From a virus (Duplodnaviria > Caudoviricetes): a stretch of DNA of 64,000 nt. The stretch is from positions 96,001 to 160,000 of IMG/VR virus record IMGVR_UViG_3300021387_003827. One strand, written 5' to 3'. Positions 47,743 to 58,000 of the stretch are shown here, piece by piece. The notes under the pieces were generated by a model. It was not told the DNA's origin. It worked only from the letters and a program-made list of their open reading frames with translations, and searched no databases. The position numbers were made by a program, and so were the translations under genes. Within the stretch, counting starts at the first letter, position 1. Each line of letters opens with the position of its first letter.

Positions 47743-48315
47743 TCAATAATTTTTACACATATATTTTAGCCCTAGACTTTCAATATATTCTTGGGCATTT
47801 GTTATAGTTCTTACGTCGGTTATTTGATTATATTCCGACGTAAATTTAATATAGTCCTCCTGCTCACGTAAATAATCTTCAACTCCACCAGGAAATGCAT
47901 CTCTCCTGTGTGGCTCTGATAGAATTATGTCGCGAATGAAGTCTATATCTTTGTTTATAAGAAGAATTTTTTCCGGATTAGAGTCTCCACAAAATTCTAG
48001 TTCTTTCTTAACTAGTTCTTTGATATTCATTACTCCTACTCCAAAACCCTTCTTAATTCGATAAAAAACAGCATCGGTAACCCCTCTTTCCACTAGAAGA
48101 TCTGATGTTGTGGATGATATATTCTTTAGTGTGCATAGGTGAAGAAGAGCATAATTTAAATCGTTATACTCAGGCCTATACTCACCAAGAACTTCCTCCA
48201 TATCCTTCCAAGTCTTAATTAGGGATCGACATACTGAATAATTTGTTTCTTTTTGTCTTTTGTCTAGAGTTATTGATTTAAAAGTTCCAGACATTCCATA
48301 ATAAAATTCTACCAT
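47743..48315 (-). CDS. P-loop nucleoside/nucleotide kinase-like protein
   Basis: GMSGTFKS, LVERG. Confidence 0.6.
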   Translation of the reverse strand: MVEFYYGMSGTFKSITLDKRQKETNYSVCRSLIKTWKDMEEVLGEYRPEYNDLNYALLHLCTLKNISSTTSDLLVERGVTDAVFYRIKKGFGVGVMNIKELVKKELEFCGDSNPEKILLINKDIDFIRDIILSEPHRRDAFPGGVEDYLREQEDYIKFTSEYNQITDVRTITNAQEYIESLGLKYMCKNY

Positions 48316-48434
48316 ATATTATTTTGACAGAGATTGTATATCCTCTGTCATTATTAAGAAACAGAACCCCTATTGAGAGCAAAAATGTAGGAAAAGAAAT
48401 ACCCCATCGCTTTTGGCAGTGGGATAAGTTTCTT

Positions 48435-48947
48435 TTAGAATAAACTTAAGAGATTTTCAATGTCCCCCAGGTCATTATTCTTTACCCTTGTTTCTTCAGT
48501 GGTAACCATTTCTTCTTTAGAGACATCATAATAAGAGGTTCCTGGGAAGACTATTTCTTTTTTCTGGATTGCAATTTTTTCCTCATAATTTTCAGAGGCA
48601 ATCTTAAATTTGCCTACCCAATATTTAGCATACTCTCCTTCAACACTTTCCGGATCATATGGCTCTTCAAACAGACCTTCCTTAGGACGAGGACATTCAA
48701 ACCTTATCGTTATATCTGTATCGTCCTCCATACTGGTCTGTTGAATTTCCCAAAAGAAATAATCTTTCTTTGAGTTATATTTATAAGTTCCATTAGCACT
48801 GAGGAGATCTTCCCAAATATTCGGAATAAGACTTACAACATTCGTAACGGAACCAACAAGGGAACCTGGAACTATGAGAACCTGTTCCTGTACTAAAGCA
48901 TCACCATTAATCCAAGCTTGTCCCTTTATAGTTTTAGATTCGCTCAT
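48435..48947 (-). CDS. Acidic hypothetical protein
   Basis: ORF flanked by hairpins. Confidence 0.65.
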   Translation of the reverse strand: MSESKTIKGQAWINGDALVQEQVLIVPGSLVGSVTNVVSLIPNIWEDLLSANGTYKYNSKKDYFFWEIQQTSMEDDTDITIRFECPRPKEGLFEEPYDPESVEGEYAKYWVGKFKIASENYEEKIAIQKKEIVFPGTSYYDVSKEEMVTTEETRVKNNDLGDIENLLSLF

Positions 48948-49008
48948 ATCTATCTAAATTAAATAAGAGGACAACTCGAACCTAATCGATGATATCCTCT
49001 TTATCAAA

Positions 49009-50025
49009 TTATACTGCTCCTTCCTTAAGCAGTTTATCTCCGATCTTAAGATAAGAGACTGCATTAAAGAACTCAGCATCTACTTCAGGGAGTTGTATGA
49101 ATGACACTGGGAAATGCTTTTCTATTTCAGTTATGACTCTAGGATCATTTATATATTTCTTGAATAGATAAGCTCCACCCCCACATACAAGAACACCCTC
49201 AATATTATCAAGGACACTCTGATATTTCTCTTCAATTAGATCAAGTATTTTTCCGATATACATGACAGAAAATTCATCTAATTGCTGGGAAAGATCGTAT
49301 TTTCTTCCTCTCCTTGTCCATATTCCATCAGATTCCATTATAGTCTGTGCCTCTTTTACAGTAATCTTAACTCCATAAGTCTTAAATACATAGTCTACAA
49401 TACAGTGGGCTATATAAATAACTCCTGTTCCTTGAAGACCGATTGAAGACTTGGAGGAGGCTACTTGATTTGCAACATTAGAGAAATCTGCGGTATTCAT
49501 TCCAAGGTCGGCAATGAGATAAGAACTCATTAACCTACTGTATCCTTTTCTATTTGTTTCTCTTGGATTTAAACCAAATTCGTTATAGCACTGTTTACAA
49601 GCTAGTCCCTGAGGAAGACAGATGAAGTAATTTGTAGACGGATCAATCATTAAAGTATTATAAAGATACTCCAAAAGATCATCCGCTTTATCCATATATG
49701 CTAAGGACAAACCAATTATAATATGTTCAGGGTTAAATTTTTTCATGAGATAAGAAATCCAAACCGGAGTTATAGTCTTCATATCTTCATAAGTCTCTAG
49801 GGGGAGTATATTTTCTCTACCAACCCTAAGAGCCGTTTCACCAAGAACATAAGTATCAGTTCCAAGCTTAAACATCACGTCATCATCAACTTCAGATGCA
49901 TCATCAATTTTAGAAACCGCTGATAAGAATTTTAAAAATCTAATTCCACCGGTTTCATCATACATTGCACATTTTATTGAACCATATCCTGTATCTACTG
50001 CTAAAATATTTACTTTCTCATCCAT
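49009..50025 (-). CDS. ParM/StbA-like actin-family ATPase
   Basis: AVDTGYGSIK, LPQG, ADLGMNTAD, VCGGGA, FFNAVSY. Confidence 0.85.
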   Translation of the reverse strand: MDEKVNILAVDTGYGSIKCAMYDETGGIRFLKFLSAVSKIDDASEVDDDVMFKLGTDTYVLGETALRVGRENILPLETYEDMKTITPVWISYLMKKFNPEHIIIGLSLAYMDKADDLLEYLYNTLMIDPSTNYFICLPQGLACKQCYNEFGLNPRETNRKGYSRLMSSYLIADLGMNTADFSNVANQVASSKSSIGLQGTGVIYIAHCIVDYVFKTYGVKITVKEAQTIMESDGIWTRRGRKYDLSQQLDEFSVMYIGKILDLIEEKYQSVLDNIEGVLVCGGGAYLFKKYINDPRVITEIEKHFPVSFIQLPEVDAEFFNAVSYLKIGDKLLKEGAV

Positions 50026-50030
50026 AACTT

Positions 50031-50408
50031 TTATTCTAGTCTTTTTAAAATATTATCAAAACTTTCAATAGCTTCTTTTTCTAATTTCCAACTATTAATA
50101 TATTTCTTTAGTTCAGTTTTGAGATACTCTAAAGGCATTTTTGGAAGAAGTGCTGTATATGAATTAGCGATTATATATCCGACATTATATTCATTTAGGG
50201 GTAATCCTGTTTCTGAATAATTTCGAGATACTACTAATTGATACAGCCCACTTTTATCCCTATTTCCTAGATTTCTATAGGCAAATATTAGTTGTCCTCG
50301 GAGAAGGGATTCATAAATAGTTCCCCACACCGAATTAGCTACATCTTGAGCATCTTTCCAACCGTAGACATATTTTAGTCTTTCAACTTCTTTTTCTTCT
50401 TCCGTCAT
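50031..50408 (-). CDS. Hypothetical protein
   Basis: ATG 50408 just after the dut stop. Confidence 0.6.
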   Translation of the reverse strand: MTEEEKEVERLKYVYGWKDAQDVANSVWGTIYESLLRGQLIFAYRNLGNRDKSGLYQLVVSRNYSETGLPLNEYNVGYIIANSYTALLPKMPLEYLKTELKKYINSWKLEKEAIESFDNILKRLE

Positions 50409-50412
50409 AATA

Positions 50413-50847
50413 TTAAAATTTTCCTGATTTACCAAAGCCAGATAGTCCTCGATCAGTATTTTCATCAATATATAATACTTCTTCAAGGGTATCTCTATAT
50501 ACTTTAGAGAGAACGATCTGTGCAATTCTTTCCCCAGGCTCTATTGTTACTTCTTGATTACTAAGATTTATGAGGATTACTTTAACCTCATTTCTATAAC
50601 CTGCATCAACGGTTCCTGGGGTATTAAGAACTGTAATACCTTCTTTTATTGCAAGTCCACTTCTTGGTCTTACTTGAATTTCCAAATTATCTGGAAGCTC
50701 AAAGAAAAGGCCAGTCGGAACTAAGGCCCTTTCAAGCGGCTTTAGTATAATAGGATCTTCAATATTTGCTCTGACATCCATACCAGAGTCTAAGTCTTTG
50801 GCATAGGTTGGAAGATCATATTTTGATTTGTTTACTACTTTAATCAT
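50413..50847 (-). CDS. dut: Trimeric dUTPase
   Basis: SGMD, RPRSGLA, GTVDAGYR, RIAQ, RGLSGFGKSG. Confidence 0.95.
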   Translation of the reverse strand: MIKVVNKSKYDLPTYAKDLDSGMDVRANIEDPIILKPLERALVPTGLFFELPDNLEIQVRPRSGLAIKEGITVLNTPGTVDAGYRNEVKVILINLSNQEVTIEPGERIAQIVLSKVYRDTLEEVLYIDENTDRGLSGFGKSGKF

Positions 50848-51335
50848 ATTGTAAAGAATGATGTTCCCGTTTTATTAAATCCAATGAGGTGTAGGTTATT
50901 ATCATCATCTCTAAAGAAATCTACTTCGCCGGTATATTTTTGTATTTCGGCGTAGCATCCTTTAGCTATGTCTTTTTTCCAGTCTGGATTATATTCATAC
51001 ACTTCATTGAGAATAAACACTCCAGAATTTCCAGAGTCGGCGGAGAATGTTCCAATTTGATTATAGGGATATCCAGAGAAAAGGAGTTCTCGCCTCAGGC
51101 TTGCAGCTTTCGTGAGTTTCTTAACAAAAGATATTAAACCTTCTTTCGTTTCAAAACCAGAAATCTCATATACTTCCCAAGATCCGTCTCCTTGTCCGGT
51201 AGGTTCCCATATATAATCTGTGATATTTTCTTGATCTATTGTACGATTGTCAAGATCCCAAGACTTTCCCCAATCATCTTTCTTCGCAATATATCCTGGG
51301 TCTGTGATAAGTAGTGATTTACGTGCTACTTCCAT
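50844..51335 (-). CDS. Hypothetical protein
   Basis: ITDPGY, GDGSW, FSADSG. Confidence 0.65.
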   Translation of the reverse strand: MEVARKSLLITDPGYIAKKDDWGKSWDLDNRTIDQENITDYIWEPTGQGDGSWEVYEISGFETKEGLISFVKKLTKAASLRRELLFSGYPYNQIGTFSADSGNSGVFILNEVYEYNPDWKKDIAKGCYAEIQKYTGEVDFFRDDDNNLHLIGFNKTGTSFFTI

Positions 51336-51768
51336 ATTTTAATTTTATTTTTAACCTAAACCACCACGAATTCCCAGATATAAACCTCATACTTCCTATT
51401 AATTCTGGTCCTTTCCAAATTTCTCTGACATTAACATAGTATATATCAAAACCGAAATTCTCAGGACTTAAACATACTCTATCTTCAAGTAGTTTTCCAG
51501 AATTTATTACCTCTTGTAGATTAGACATTAAGATATCATAATCCTCCGGAAGAAGATATGTTGGCTTCTTTATGTCCTCAAGTGCAAAACAATAATAATT
51601 AGGCATACTCATTCTTACAGATTTTCCCTTCTGATCAAAGACTAATTGCCTGGATTCTATATCGTATGACACTTTTATTGGACTTGGGTGGTTGGTTATG
51701 ATTGTATTTTGATTAAATTCAGTTAAAGAATTAAAAATTTCTATGAGATCATTTTGTAATGTCGTCAT
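51319..51768 (-). CDS. Hypothetical protein
   Basis: Operon ORF. Confidence 0.6.
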   Translation of the reverse strand: MTTLQNDLIEIFNSLTEFNQNTIITNHPSPIKVSYDIESRQLVFDQKGKSVRMSMPNYYCFALEDIKKPTYLLPEDYDILMSNLQEVINSGKLLEDRVCLSPENFGFDIYYVNVREIWKGPELIGSMRFISGNSWWFRLKIKLKYGSST

Positions 51769-51770
51769 AA

Positions 51771-52394
51771 TTAATTTTCACTGGTTGCACAGAATACATC
51801 AAAATTCACCATATCGAGAATCTCATAAATTCTACCAACAAGAGCAGAATTTACAGATCCAGAGACATTCTTAATTCTGTCAAGATTCACAATAAGATCA
51901 GTGAAAGGATTCTTCATTCCTGCAAACTTATCAGGATCAAAAAGACCAGAATTATTGATGATTTGTTTAATTACTTCGATGATGTCTTGATCCGGGTTAG
52001 GTATAATCTTAATGGCGGTCGGATAGTCAAATTGAATAAAGTTATTATCAACTATATTCCACTCGACCATATCACCACTAGGAACACCGGTGGGATTATC
52101 TTCATCATCGGTTACATTCTGAATCTGAACTTTATATCCTGCCTTCTCAAGATAGTAATTAACACAGGCAAGATCTTTTCTAGTCATAGTAGAATCAGAA
52201 TTAATAAGTTCAGCAAGAGGGCCATCTGAAACACCGCCAGTCATAAGAGACAGGTTGTTCTTCAGGAACCCTTTTACAAACTCTTCGATACTCACGCCAA
52301 GACTTTCTCTGTCAAAGCGATTTCTTGCGATACATGCTCCTACCTTTGCATTAGAGTCACCGGCAGGAATTGAATAAAGGTTAACTTCAATCAT
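51771..52394 (-). CDS. Hypothetical protein
   Basis: Operon ORF. Confidence 0.65.
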   Translation of the reverse strand: MIEVNLYSIPAGDSNAKVGACIARNRFDRESLGVSIEEFVKGFLKNNLSLMTGGVSDGPLAELINSDSTMTRKDLACVNYYLEKAGYKVQIQNVTDDEDNPTGVPSGDMVEWNIVDNNFIQFDYPTAIKIIPNPDQDIIEVIKQIINNSGLFDPDKFAGMKNPFTDLIVNLDRIKNVSGSVNSALVGRIYEILDMVNFDVFCATSEN

Positions 52395-52396
52395 TT

Positions 52397-52783
52397 TTAA
52401 AAATTTAATAGTTCATTCATGTACGGGTCACATATAACTAGATATATAGCCCATAGTCTTTCTTCTAAGTTCGATGAGGAAAACAATAATTTTTCAGTTC
52501 CAGAGAAGGTACCTGTCACGAGTATTGCGTCATAGATCTCTGAAAAATCTACATCTTCCCCATTTTGCCAATCTATCTGTTTATCTATAAGATATGCTTC
52601 AAAACTTCCATTATTACTGAGCCTAGGATCAAAGATTTCAAATTCCTTTATCCCAAGCGAATTTTTAAGAAGTTCCCAGAAATTTGATATTCTGGCAGTA
52701 TATCCAAATTGAGCAGATAGAAGTTTATATACCTCTTTTACAGTATTCGTATAGTCTTTATCGTTTTTATTTTTTACGAACAT
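52397..52783 (-). CDS. Hypothetical protein
   Basis: Operon ORF. Confidence 0.6.
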   Translation of the reverse strand: MFVKNKNDKDYTNTVKEVYKLLSAQFGYTARISNFWELLKNSLGIKEFEIFDPRLSNNGSFEAYLIDKQIDWQNGEDVDFSEIYDAILVTGTFSGTEKLLFSSSNLEERLWAIYLVICDPYMNELLNF

Positions 52784-54276
52784 GATCCTAAGTATATTTC
52801 ACGTAAGGCTATCCAGGATGCTTTCCAAACTAAATTTAGATTTCGTTCCTGTAGCTCTGTTCCCATATAAGATTTTAAGATTCTGTAGTAAGCGTTTTCA
52901 TCATTTAGCTCAACTGCTCTCTGAAGATCTGGAATTGATATATTGGTATTCTCCCACTTGAATCTATCAATGACTAAGAACTTATTAAGATCCAAGTCCG
53001 TTGATATATTATCAAGACTCCGAAGATATTTTCTCATCCTTGCCAGTCTTTCCGTGCATAAAGGATTTCCACATTTGAGGTTTGATCCATAAATGTCTTT
53101 TTCAGAAAGTTTATACCCACATGAACAGGTTGGCCAAGAATAATTTCCATCTCCGGGCTTAAAACATTCTCCTATCTGAGGAATAGTTGAGTTGGCTAGG
53201 ATAACTGAAACTTCTGCCCCTGGAGTTATATTTTTCTTTATAAGTTTAGATACACTTCCAGCACTTGGTTTAGTTACCGTAGTTCCGTGCAGTATTACAG
53301 GATCAATTAATACATTGGCAGACCATGAATCTTTTCCTTTAGGATTTTGATTATTCCACCGTATTCCTTTAACTGTTGTCTTTATTACGGCATCGGAACC
53401 AGCACCTGCACCAGCAAATTTTAATCCTCTTACTACTTCCCCTTTCTTTGTATATTGAATCCATCCGTCATTTAGGAAAAATCCGGTGGAGGTCTTTGTA
53501 TGATCTGTCTCACAATAGCCTGGATTCTTTTCTAGTTCCTCTAGGGTAAATATATCGGCAGGCGCGAATTTTATGTGGCCATCGATATCAGATACTACAG
53601 TAGGAAAAGATTTGATTACGTCTCTATAATCCATTTGGGAAATTGCTATACCCGACGGAGAATCATCACAGTAATATCTATAGGCTCTAAGAGTAAGAAG
53701 ATTTTTAGCATCTTCAATGATATCGTCCTTTTTACCATTGATAATTCCATTTACTTTCTGTCGTGCACGTTCAGGATTTAAATTTCCTATTCTATCAAGA
53801 TCTATAAGACACTCACATTGAACTGCCACAATACCTGTCGGAAATTTAGGAGCAAAACCAAGCCCTAGAATTTTCCAAGATTGATTAATTCCATACCCAA
53901 GAGATGAGTTTCCACAAGTAACTGCCTGTTTAGGAACTCCAGTAGCTGGATCTATATAAATTGCAAGAGAAGTTCCGTCATATTTTAAAAGATAGTATGA
54001 ATCATTCCCACAAGATTTTATAGCATCAAGCATCGACCCTACCACCTTCTCTTTTTTAAATTTTGTTATATATTCATTTTTATATCTCTCTCCTTTTGGG
54101 AAAAATGTTTCAAATATATAATCTCTTACAATAAATTTGTCTTCCTCTATGGCCCTTTTTTCTAGTTCATCATATTCAGAATCACTAAGCCCTGTTGGAA
54201 TACTATCAACATAATAGTCTTTGGCCGCCTTTATCAGGACAGCCCATTTTTCTAATATATTATTTTCAATTTTCAT
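52774..54276 (-). CDS. ligA: NAD+-dependent DNA ligase (divergent, no BRCT)
   Basis: YY..SDSEYDEL domain Ia, KYDG, OB fold IPQI, Zn finger CSCG..CGNPLC. Confidence 0.85.
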   Translation of the reverse strand: MKIENNILEKWAVLIKAAKDYYVDSIPTGLSDSEYDELEKRAIEEDKFIVRDYIFETFFPKGERYKNEYITKFKKEKVVGSMLDAIKSCGNDSYYLLKYDGTSLAIYIDPATGVPKQAVTCGNSSLGYGINQSWKILGLGFAPKFPTGIVAVQCECLIDLDRIGNLNPERARQKVNGIINGKKDDIIEDAKNLLTLRAYRYYCDDSPSGIAISQMDYRDVIKSFPTVVSDIDGHIKFAPADIFTLEELEKNPGYCETDHTKTSTGFFLNDGWIQYTKKGEVVRGLKFAGAGAGSDAVIKTTVKGIRWNNQNPKGKDSWSANVLIDPVILHGTTVTKPSAGSVSKLIKKNITPGAEVSVILANSTIPQIGECFKPGDGNYSWPTCSCGYKLSEKDIYGSNLKCGNPLCTERLARMRKYLRSLDNISTDLDLNKFLVIDRFKWENTNISIPDLQRAVELNDENAYYRILKSYMGTELQERNLNLVWKASWIALREIYLGSCS

Positions 54277-54333
54277 ATCATTTATAAGAAATTAAAAGAT
54301 AAAAATATTTCTATTCCTATCTTTTAATTATAA

Positions 54334-54606
54334 TTATCCGAGGAGTTTTTCTAGAATAATAGCCCTAATTTCTTTCTGGAAAAGATCATAGCAGTTATCT
54401 TCCTCCGGAATATATGAATCTCCGGGCTTGACAGCAGCAGTGTACTCTTCTCCATCATCATTCTTTCGTACTATTAACTTATATCCTCTCTTCTGAAGGA
54501 AAAAATCAATCTCCTCATCCGTCCACAATAGACCAAATGGCCTGTCAGCCATTAGAAAGCTCATTAATGGGTTAATTCCACCCATCATATTTTCTTCGTC
54601 TCCCAT
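54334..54606 (-). CDS. Hypothetical protein
   Basis: Own extended promoter at 54622..54654. Confidence 0.6.
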   Translation of the reverse strand: MGDEENMMGGINPLMSFLMADRPFGLLWTDEEIDFFLQKRGYKLIVRKNDDGEEYTAAVKPGDSYIPEEDNCYDLFQKEIRAIILEKLLG

Positions 54607-54665
54607 ATATTATTTTTTATATCATAGATAAGAAATACACGTCACCAAAAGCGCAAAAAATTAAA

Positions 54666-54693
54666 TAACCGTCCCCGAAAAGGGAAACGGTTA
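54666..54693 (-). terminator. Terminator of groESL
   Basis: TAACCGT..CCC gaaaa GGG..ACGGTTA hairpin. Confidence 0.6.
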
Positions 54694-54698
54694 TGATA

Positions 54699-56312
54699 TT
54701 ATTTATCTTCCTTAGCTGGTTCATCAACAATAGAGCAGTCAACAAGGAGAATCATAGAGGCCGTTGAGATAGCTACTTCAAGAGCCACTCTAATCACTTT
54801 TGCAGAGTCAAGGATACCATCATCGATAAGATTACAGAACTTTTTGATTTTTGCATTAAAGCCATAATTCTCTCTCTTACTCTTTTCAACGGTTTCAAGG
54901 ATCACGTCAGATTTGGCACCGGCATTTTCTGCGACGGTTCTTGTGATGGTCGGAAGTGAGGAGAATACAATTTCTGCCCCAAGTTTTTCATCGCCCTCCA
55001 AAGTCTTCCAGAATCCTGCATCCTTATAGGCTTCTTTGGCTCCCTTAAGATAGATATAACCACTACCCGGAACGCATCCTTCAGAAATTGCACACTTAGA
55101 GGCCAGGATTGCATCGTCTACAGTCTGTTTTCTATTTTTCTTTTCAGCGTCTGTAGCACCACCAACTTTAATCACAGCAATACCACCGGCCAGACTTGCA
55201 AGTCTTTTCTCAAACTTAGTCTTATCATAGTCACTGATATCTGGACTTGCAAGACGTAACTTAATTATGTTTGCCCGATCTTGAATTTTTGTAGGATCGC
55301 CCTGACCTTGATAGATTATAGTGCTATCTCTAGATACTACAATCTTCTCAGCAGCACCAAGATGTTCTAAAGTAGCATCCACCAGAGATACACCATTTTC
55401 CTTGCAGAGATGAGTTGCACCGGTTGCCACGGCTATATCTTCCATGATATTTTTTCGTGAATCACCAAAATCTACGCCCTTGACTACACAACATCTGATA
55501 GCTCCGCGAACCGTCGTATTATAGAGAAGCATTAAATTAACGTTCTCATCAATATCATCGCAGACAATAAGGAAAGGACGGCCGGATTTAGATAAGTTAT
55601 CGAGAATATTTGCAATCTGTGCTACATTGGAAATCTTTTCACCAACTACCATTACGTAGCAGTTCTCCATTACACAGGTACCATCTTCTTCGGTTGCATA
55701 ATTAGGACTTACCCAACCACGGTCAAGCTTCATACCAACAACGGTGTCAATTACAGTATCAAGACCCGAAGCCATATCAGCGGTAATAACACCGTTAATA
55801 CCAACCTTGGACATCCCTTCTACAATGAGATTTCCAACTTCAGGATCATTGTTTGCAGAAATCGTTGCCACCTTTCTTATCTTTTCAAGGTCTCCGTCAA
55901 TGGGAATTGCTTTTGTTTTGATATAATCTTCCATCCATCGACCTGCCTTTAACATACCTGCCTTAACCTCATTCATATTGGCGCCAGAGTTAATTGCCCT
56001 CTGCCCCTTTTCAATGAACTCTTTAACGAGGATAGTTGTGGTAGAAGTAGCATCACCGGCCACAGATTCAACCTGAGAAGCAGCTTTTTTTATGAGTTGT
56101 GCACCCATATTTAAAGCTGGATCACTGAAAGATATGGACTTACAGATAGTACTTCCATCTCTACTAATATCGGGAATACCAAAATCAGTAGAAATTGCTA
56201 CCGCCTTTCCAGCAGGACCAAGGCTAACTTTAACTGCGTTAGCTACTTTGATAGCACCTTCGATAATTTCTCTTTGTGCTTTGTTTCCGTAATTAATAAT
56301 TTTTCCTTCCAT
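54699..56312 (-). CDS. groEL: Chaperonin GroEL
   Basis: SLGPAG, AGDATSTT, ATISANND, GGIAVIKVGG, DDAI, GILDSAKV. Confidence 0.95.
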   Translation of the reverse strand: MEGKIINYGNKAQREIIEGAIKVANAVKVSLGPAGKAVAISTDFGIPDISRDGSTICKSISFSDPALNMGAQLIKKAASQVESVAGDATSTTTILVKEFIEKGQRAINSGANMNEVKAGMLKAGRWMEDYIKTKAIPIDGDLEKIRKVATISANNDPEVGNLIVEGMSKVGINGVITADMASGLDTVIDTVVGMKLDRGWVSPNYATEEDGTCVMENCYVMVVGEKISNVAQIANILDNLSKSGRPFLIVCDDIDENVNLMLLYNTTVRGAIRCCVVKGVDFGDSRKNIMEDIAVATGATHLCKENGVSLVDATLEHLGAAEKIVVSRDSTIIYQGQGDPTKIQDRANIIKLRLASPDISDYDKTKFEKRLASLAGGIAVIKVGGATDAEKKNRKQTVDDAILASKCAISEGCVPGSGYIYLKGAKEAYKDAGFWKTLEGDEKLGAEIVFSSLPTITRTVAENAGAKSDVILETVEKSKRENYGFNAKIKKFCNLIDDGILDSAKVIRVALEVAISTASMILLVDCSIVDEPAKEDK

Positions 56313-56317
56313 GTTAC

Positions 56318-56569
56318 TTACAGTATTACAATTACTTCACTTGTTGTTATTACTCTGTACTTAATTCCATCCTCCACGATCTCTTTTCCAGCTCCAGGAT
56401 AGAATCGGATCTTGTCTCCAACTTTGACCTCTTCGACTTTAGCTCCGACACTAATAACTTCACCTGTTTCATAGCCAAGTGTGTTTTCAGGAATTTCAAG
56501 GTTACCTATTTTCTTATAGGCTCCTTCATTAATAACCTTAATAAGAATTTTTGATTCAATTACTTTCAT
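56318..56569 (-). CDS. groES: Co-chaperonin GroES
   Basis: GEVISVG..VKVGDKI; adjacent to groEL. Confidence 0.85.
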   Translation of the reverse strand: MKVIESKILIKVINEGAYKKIGNLEIPENTLGYETGEVISVGAKVEEVKVGDKIRFYPGAGKEIVEDGIKYRVITTSEVIVIL

Positions 56570-56601
56570 AAGTTTTTATTTTAATATCAAAGATAAGAGA
56601 A

Positions 56602-56901
56602 TTACTCCTCAAAAAACGCAAATTTTAATAATTCTGTAGATAATGTTTCAAAGGACACCGGAAATCTTATTTTCCTTGTTCTTTTAATCTCAGAATTGTC
56701 GTCAAGACGGTATAATATTAAGTTTTCTTGATCATAGCACTTAATTACCATTGATTGTATTCCATCTAGAAATACATAGAATGCCCCGAGATGAAACATT
56801 ACTATGTAAGTATTGTAAAATATATTCTCTATTAGAGGAATATTTTTAATATCTAAAATCTCTATAGGATTTGAGAAAATAGTAGTATCCTGGTCCACCA
56901 T
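56602..56901 (-). CDS. Hypothetical protein
   Basis: ORF. Confidence 0.45.
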   Translation of the reverse strand: MVDQDTTIFSNPIEILDIKNIPLIENIFYNTYIVMFHLGAFYVFLDGIQSMVIKCYDQENLILYRLDDNSEIKRTRKIRFPVSFETLSTELLKFAFFEE

Positions 56902-57289
56902 TAAGATCTGGTTTTATATCGATTTTATAAACTGGCCACTCCTGGTTAATTGGGGGGATATCTATTACATCATTCCACCTTCGTAATATTCTATCGGGGT
57001 CAAAGAAATCCCAACCTTTCCCTATTCCTTCTATGGTGGCTGATTTTCCATTGACCTTTAACATCACTGGGGCTTCATCATCAGACCCTGTAAAAAATCC
57101 TGGGTCATATATAAAAATATCACCATCTACAATATCTTTAAATGGAAAGATCGTCATGTGTTCATTTCTTATCCCTGGAAATCCAAGTTTGAGATCAGAT
57201 AAACGGTCCTTCATTATATTAACTTGGTGAGGCCAGTCTTTGTATCCGAAAGATCTAGATATCTTTATTAATACCTCATCATTTACCAT
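56846..57289 (-). CDS. Hypothetical protein
   Basis: ORF. Confidence 0.55.
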   Translation of the reverse strand: MVNDEVLIKISRSFGYKDWPHQVNIMKDRLSDLKLGFPGIRNEHMTIFPFKDIVDGDIFIYDPGFFTGSDDEAPVMLKVNGKSATIEGIGKGWDFFDPDRILRRWNDVIDIPPINQEWPVYKIDIKPDLNGGPGYYYFLKSYRDFRY

Positions 57290-57533
57290 AAGAGATCATT
57301 TTATTGTAGAAATTATCTGGATCATCCCAATATACCTCAAGGCAATATTTGAGAAATTCATAATCTTCTCCCTTATCATCCTCAAGATCAGCATTAAGAA
57401 GACTAGATATAATCGATTTTCTTAACATTCCGATCTTAAGAAGACATAGCTGATTTCTTTCTTGAGATCCCGATATAATTATTTCTTTAATCTTTGTGCT
57501 TAATTCTGTCAAAGATTTTCTCGAGCTCTTCAT
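57279..57533 (-). CDS. Hypothetical protein
   Basis: ORF. Confidence 0.5.
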   Translation of the reverse strand: MKSSRKSLTELSTKIKEIIISGSQERNQLCLLKIGMLRKSIISSLLNADLEDDKGEDYEFLKYCLEVYWDDPDNFYNKMISYGK

Positions 57534-57741
57534 CTTCTCTATCCCTAAGTTCTGCCAGACTAAATATCACTAGGTCCTTTAGACTATCAATATTCAGGTT
57601 GGTATCTCTTTTTTCATTATTAATAGTATATTTAATATGTACTTCAAAGTTTCTACCTATTCCTAGAACTTCTTCAATTAACCTAAGATTTTCTAGCCTT
57701 TTCTGAAGTTTCTTTAATTCTTTATTATATTCCTCTTTCAT
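57487..57741 (-). CDS. Hypothetical protein
   Basis: ORF. Confidence 0.5.
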   Translation of the reverse strand: MKEEYNKELKKLQKRLENLRLIEEVLGIGRNFEVHIKYTINNEKRDTNLNIDSLKDLVIFSLAELRDREDEELEKIFDRIKHKD

Positions 57742-58000
57742 ATAATTCTTTCATCCTAAGAATTGTTTCGTCACATTCCTCGGGGGTTACTTTTGATTTA
57801 ATTATATTTATTAGTTTTATAAAAAAATCACGTTCCTTGTTTTCTTTAGGAATTTCTTGAATAAGCCCAACCAAGGATTTTCTATATTCTCTAAGAACGT
57901 GAATATATACCGCTCTTTCTCTAGTATCGATGAGCCTGTAATATACTATGTTTCGTCCTTTAGCAAACATAGTTCTTATTTTAAATTCTAAATCATTCAT
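57725..58000 (-). CDS. Hypothetical protein
   Basis: Promoter TCTTATTTATGA overlaps ATG 58000. Confidence 0.55.
   Translation of the reverse strand: MNDLEFKIRTMFAKGRNIVYYRLIDTRERAVYIHVLREYRKSLVGLIQEIPKENKERDFFIKLINIIKSKVTPEECDETILRMKELYERGI

Noticed and set aside
48955-48968. Promoter copy upstream of 48435..48947
   Set aside because: TCTTATTTAATT lacks the TG end and is part of a terminator-like hairpin; ambiguous.
50413-50847. Uracil-containing DNA as in AR9/PBS1
   Set aside because: An intact dUTPase argues against dU-DNA.
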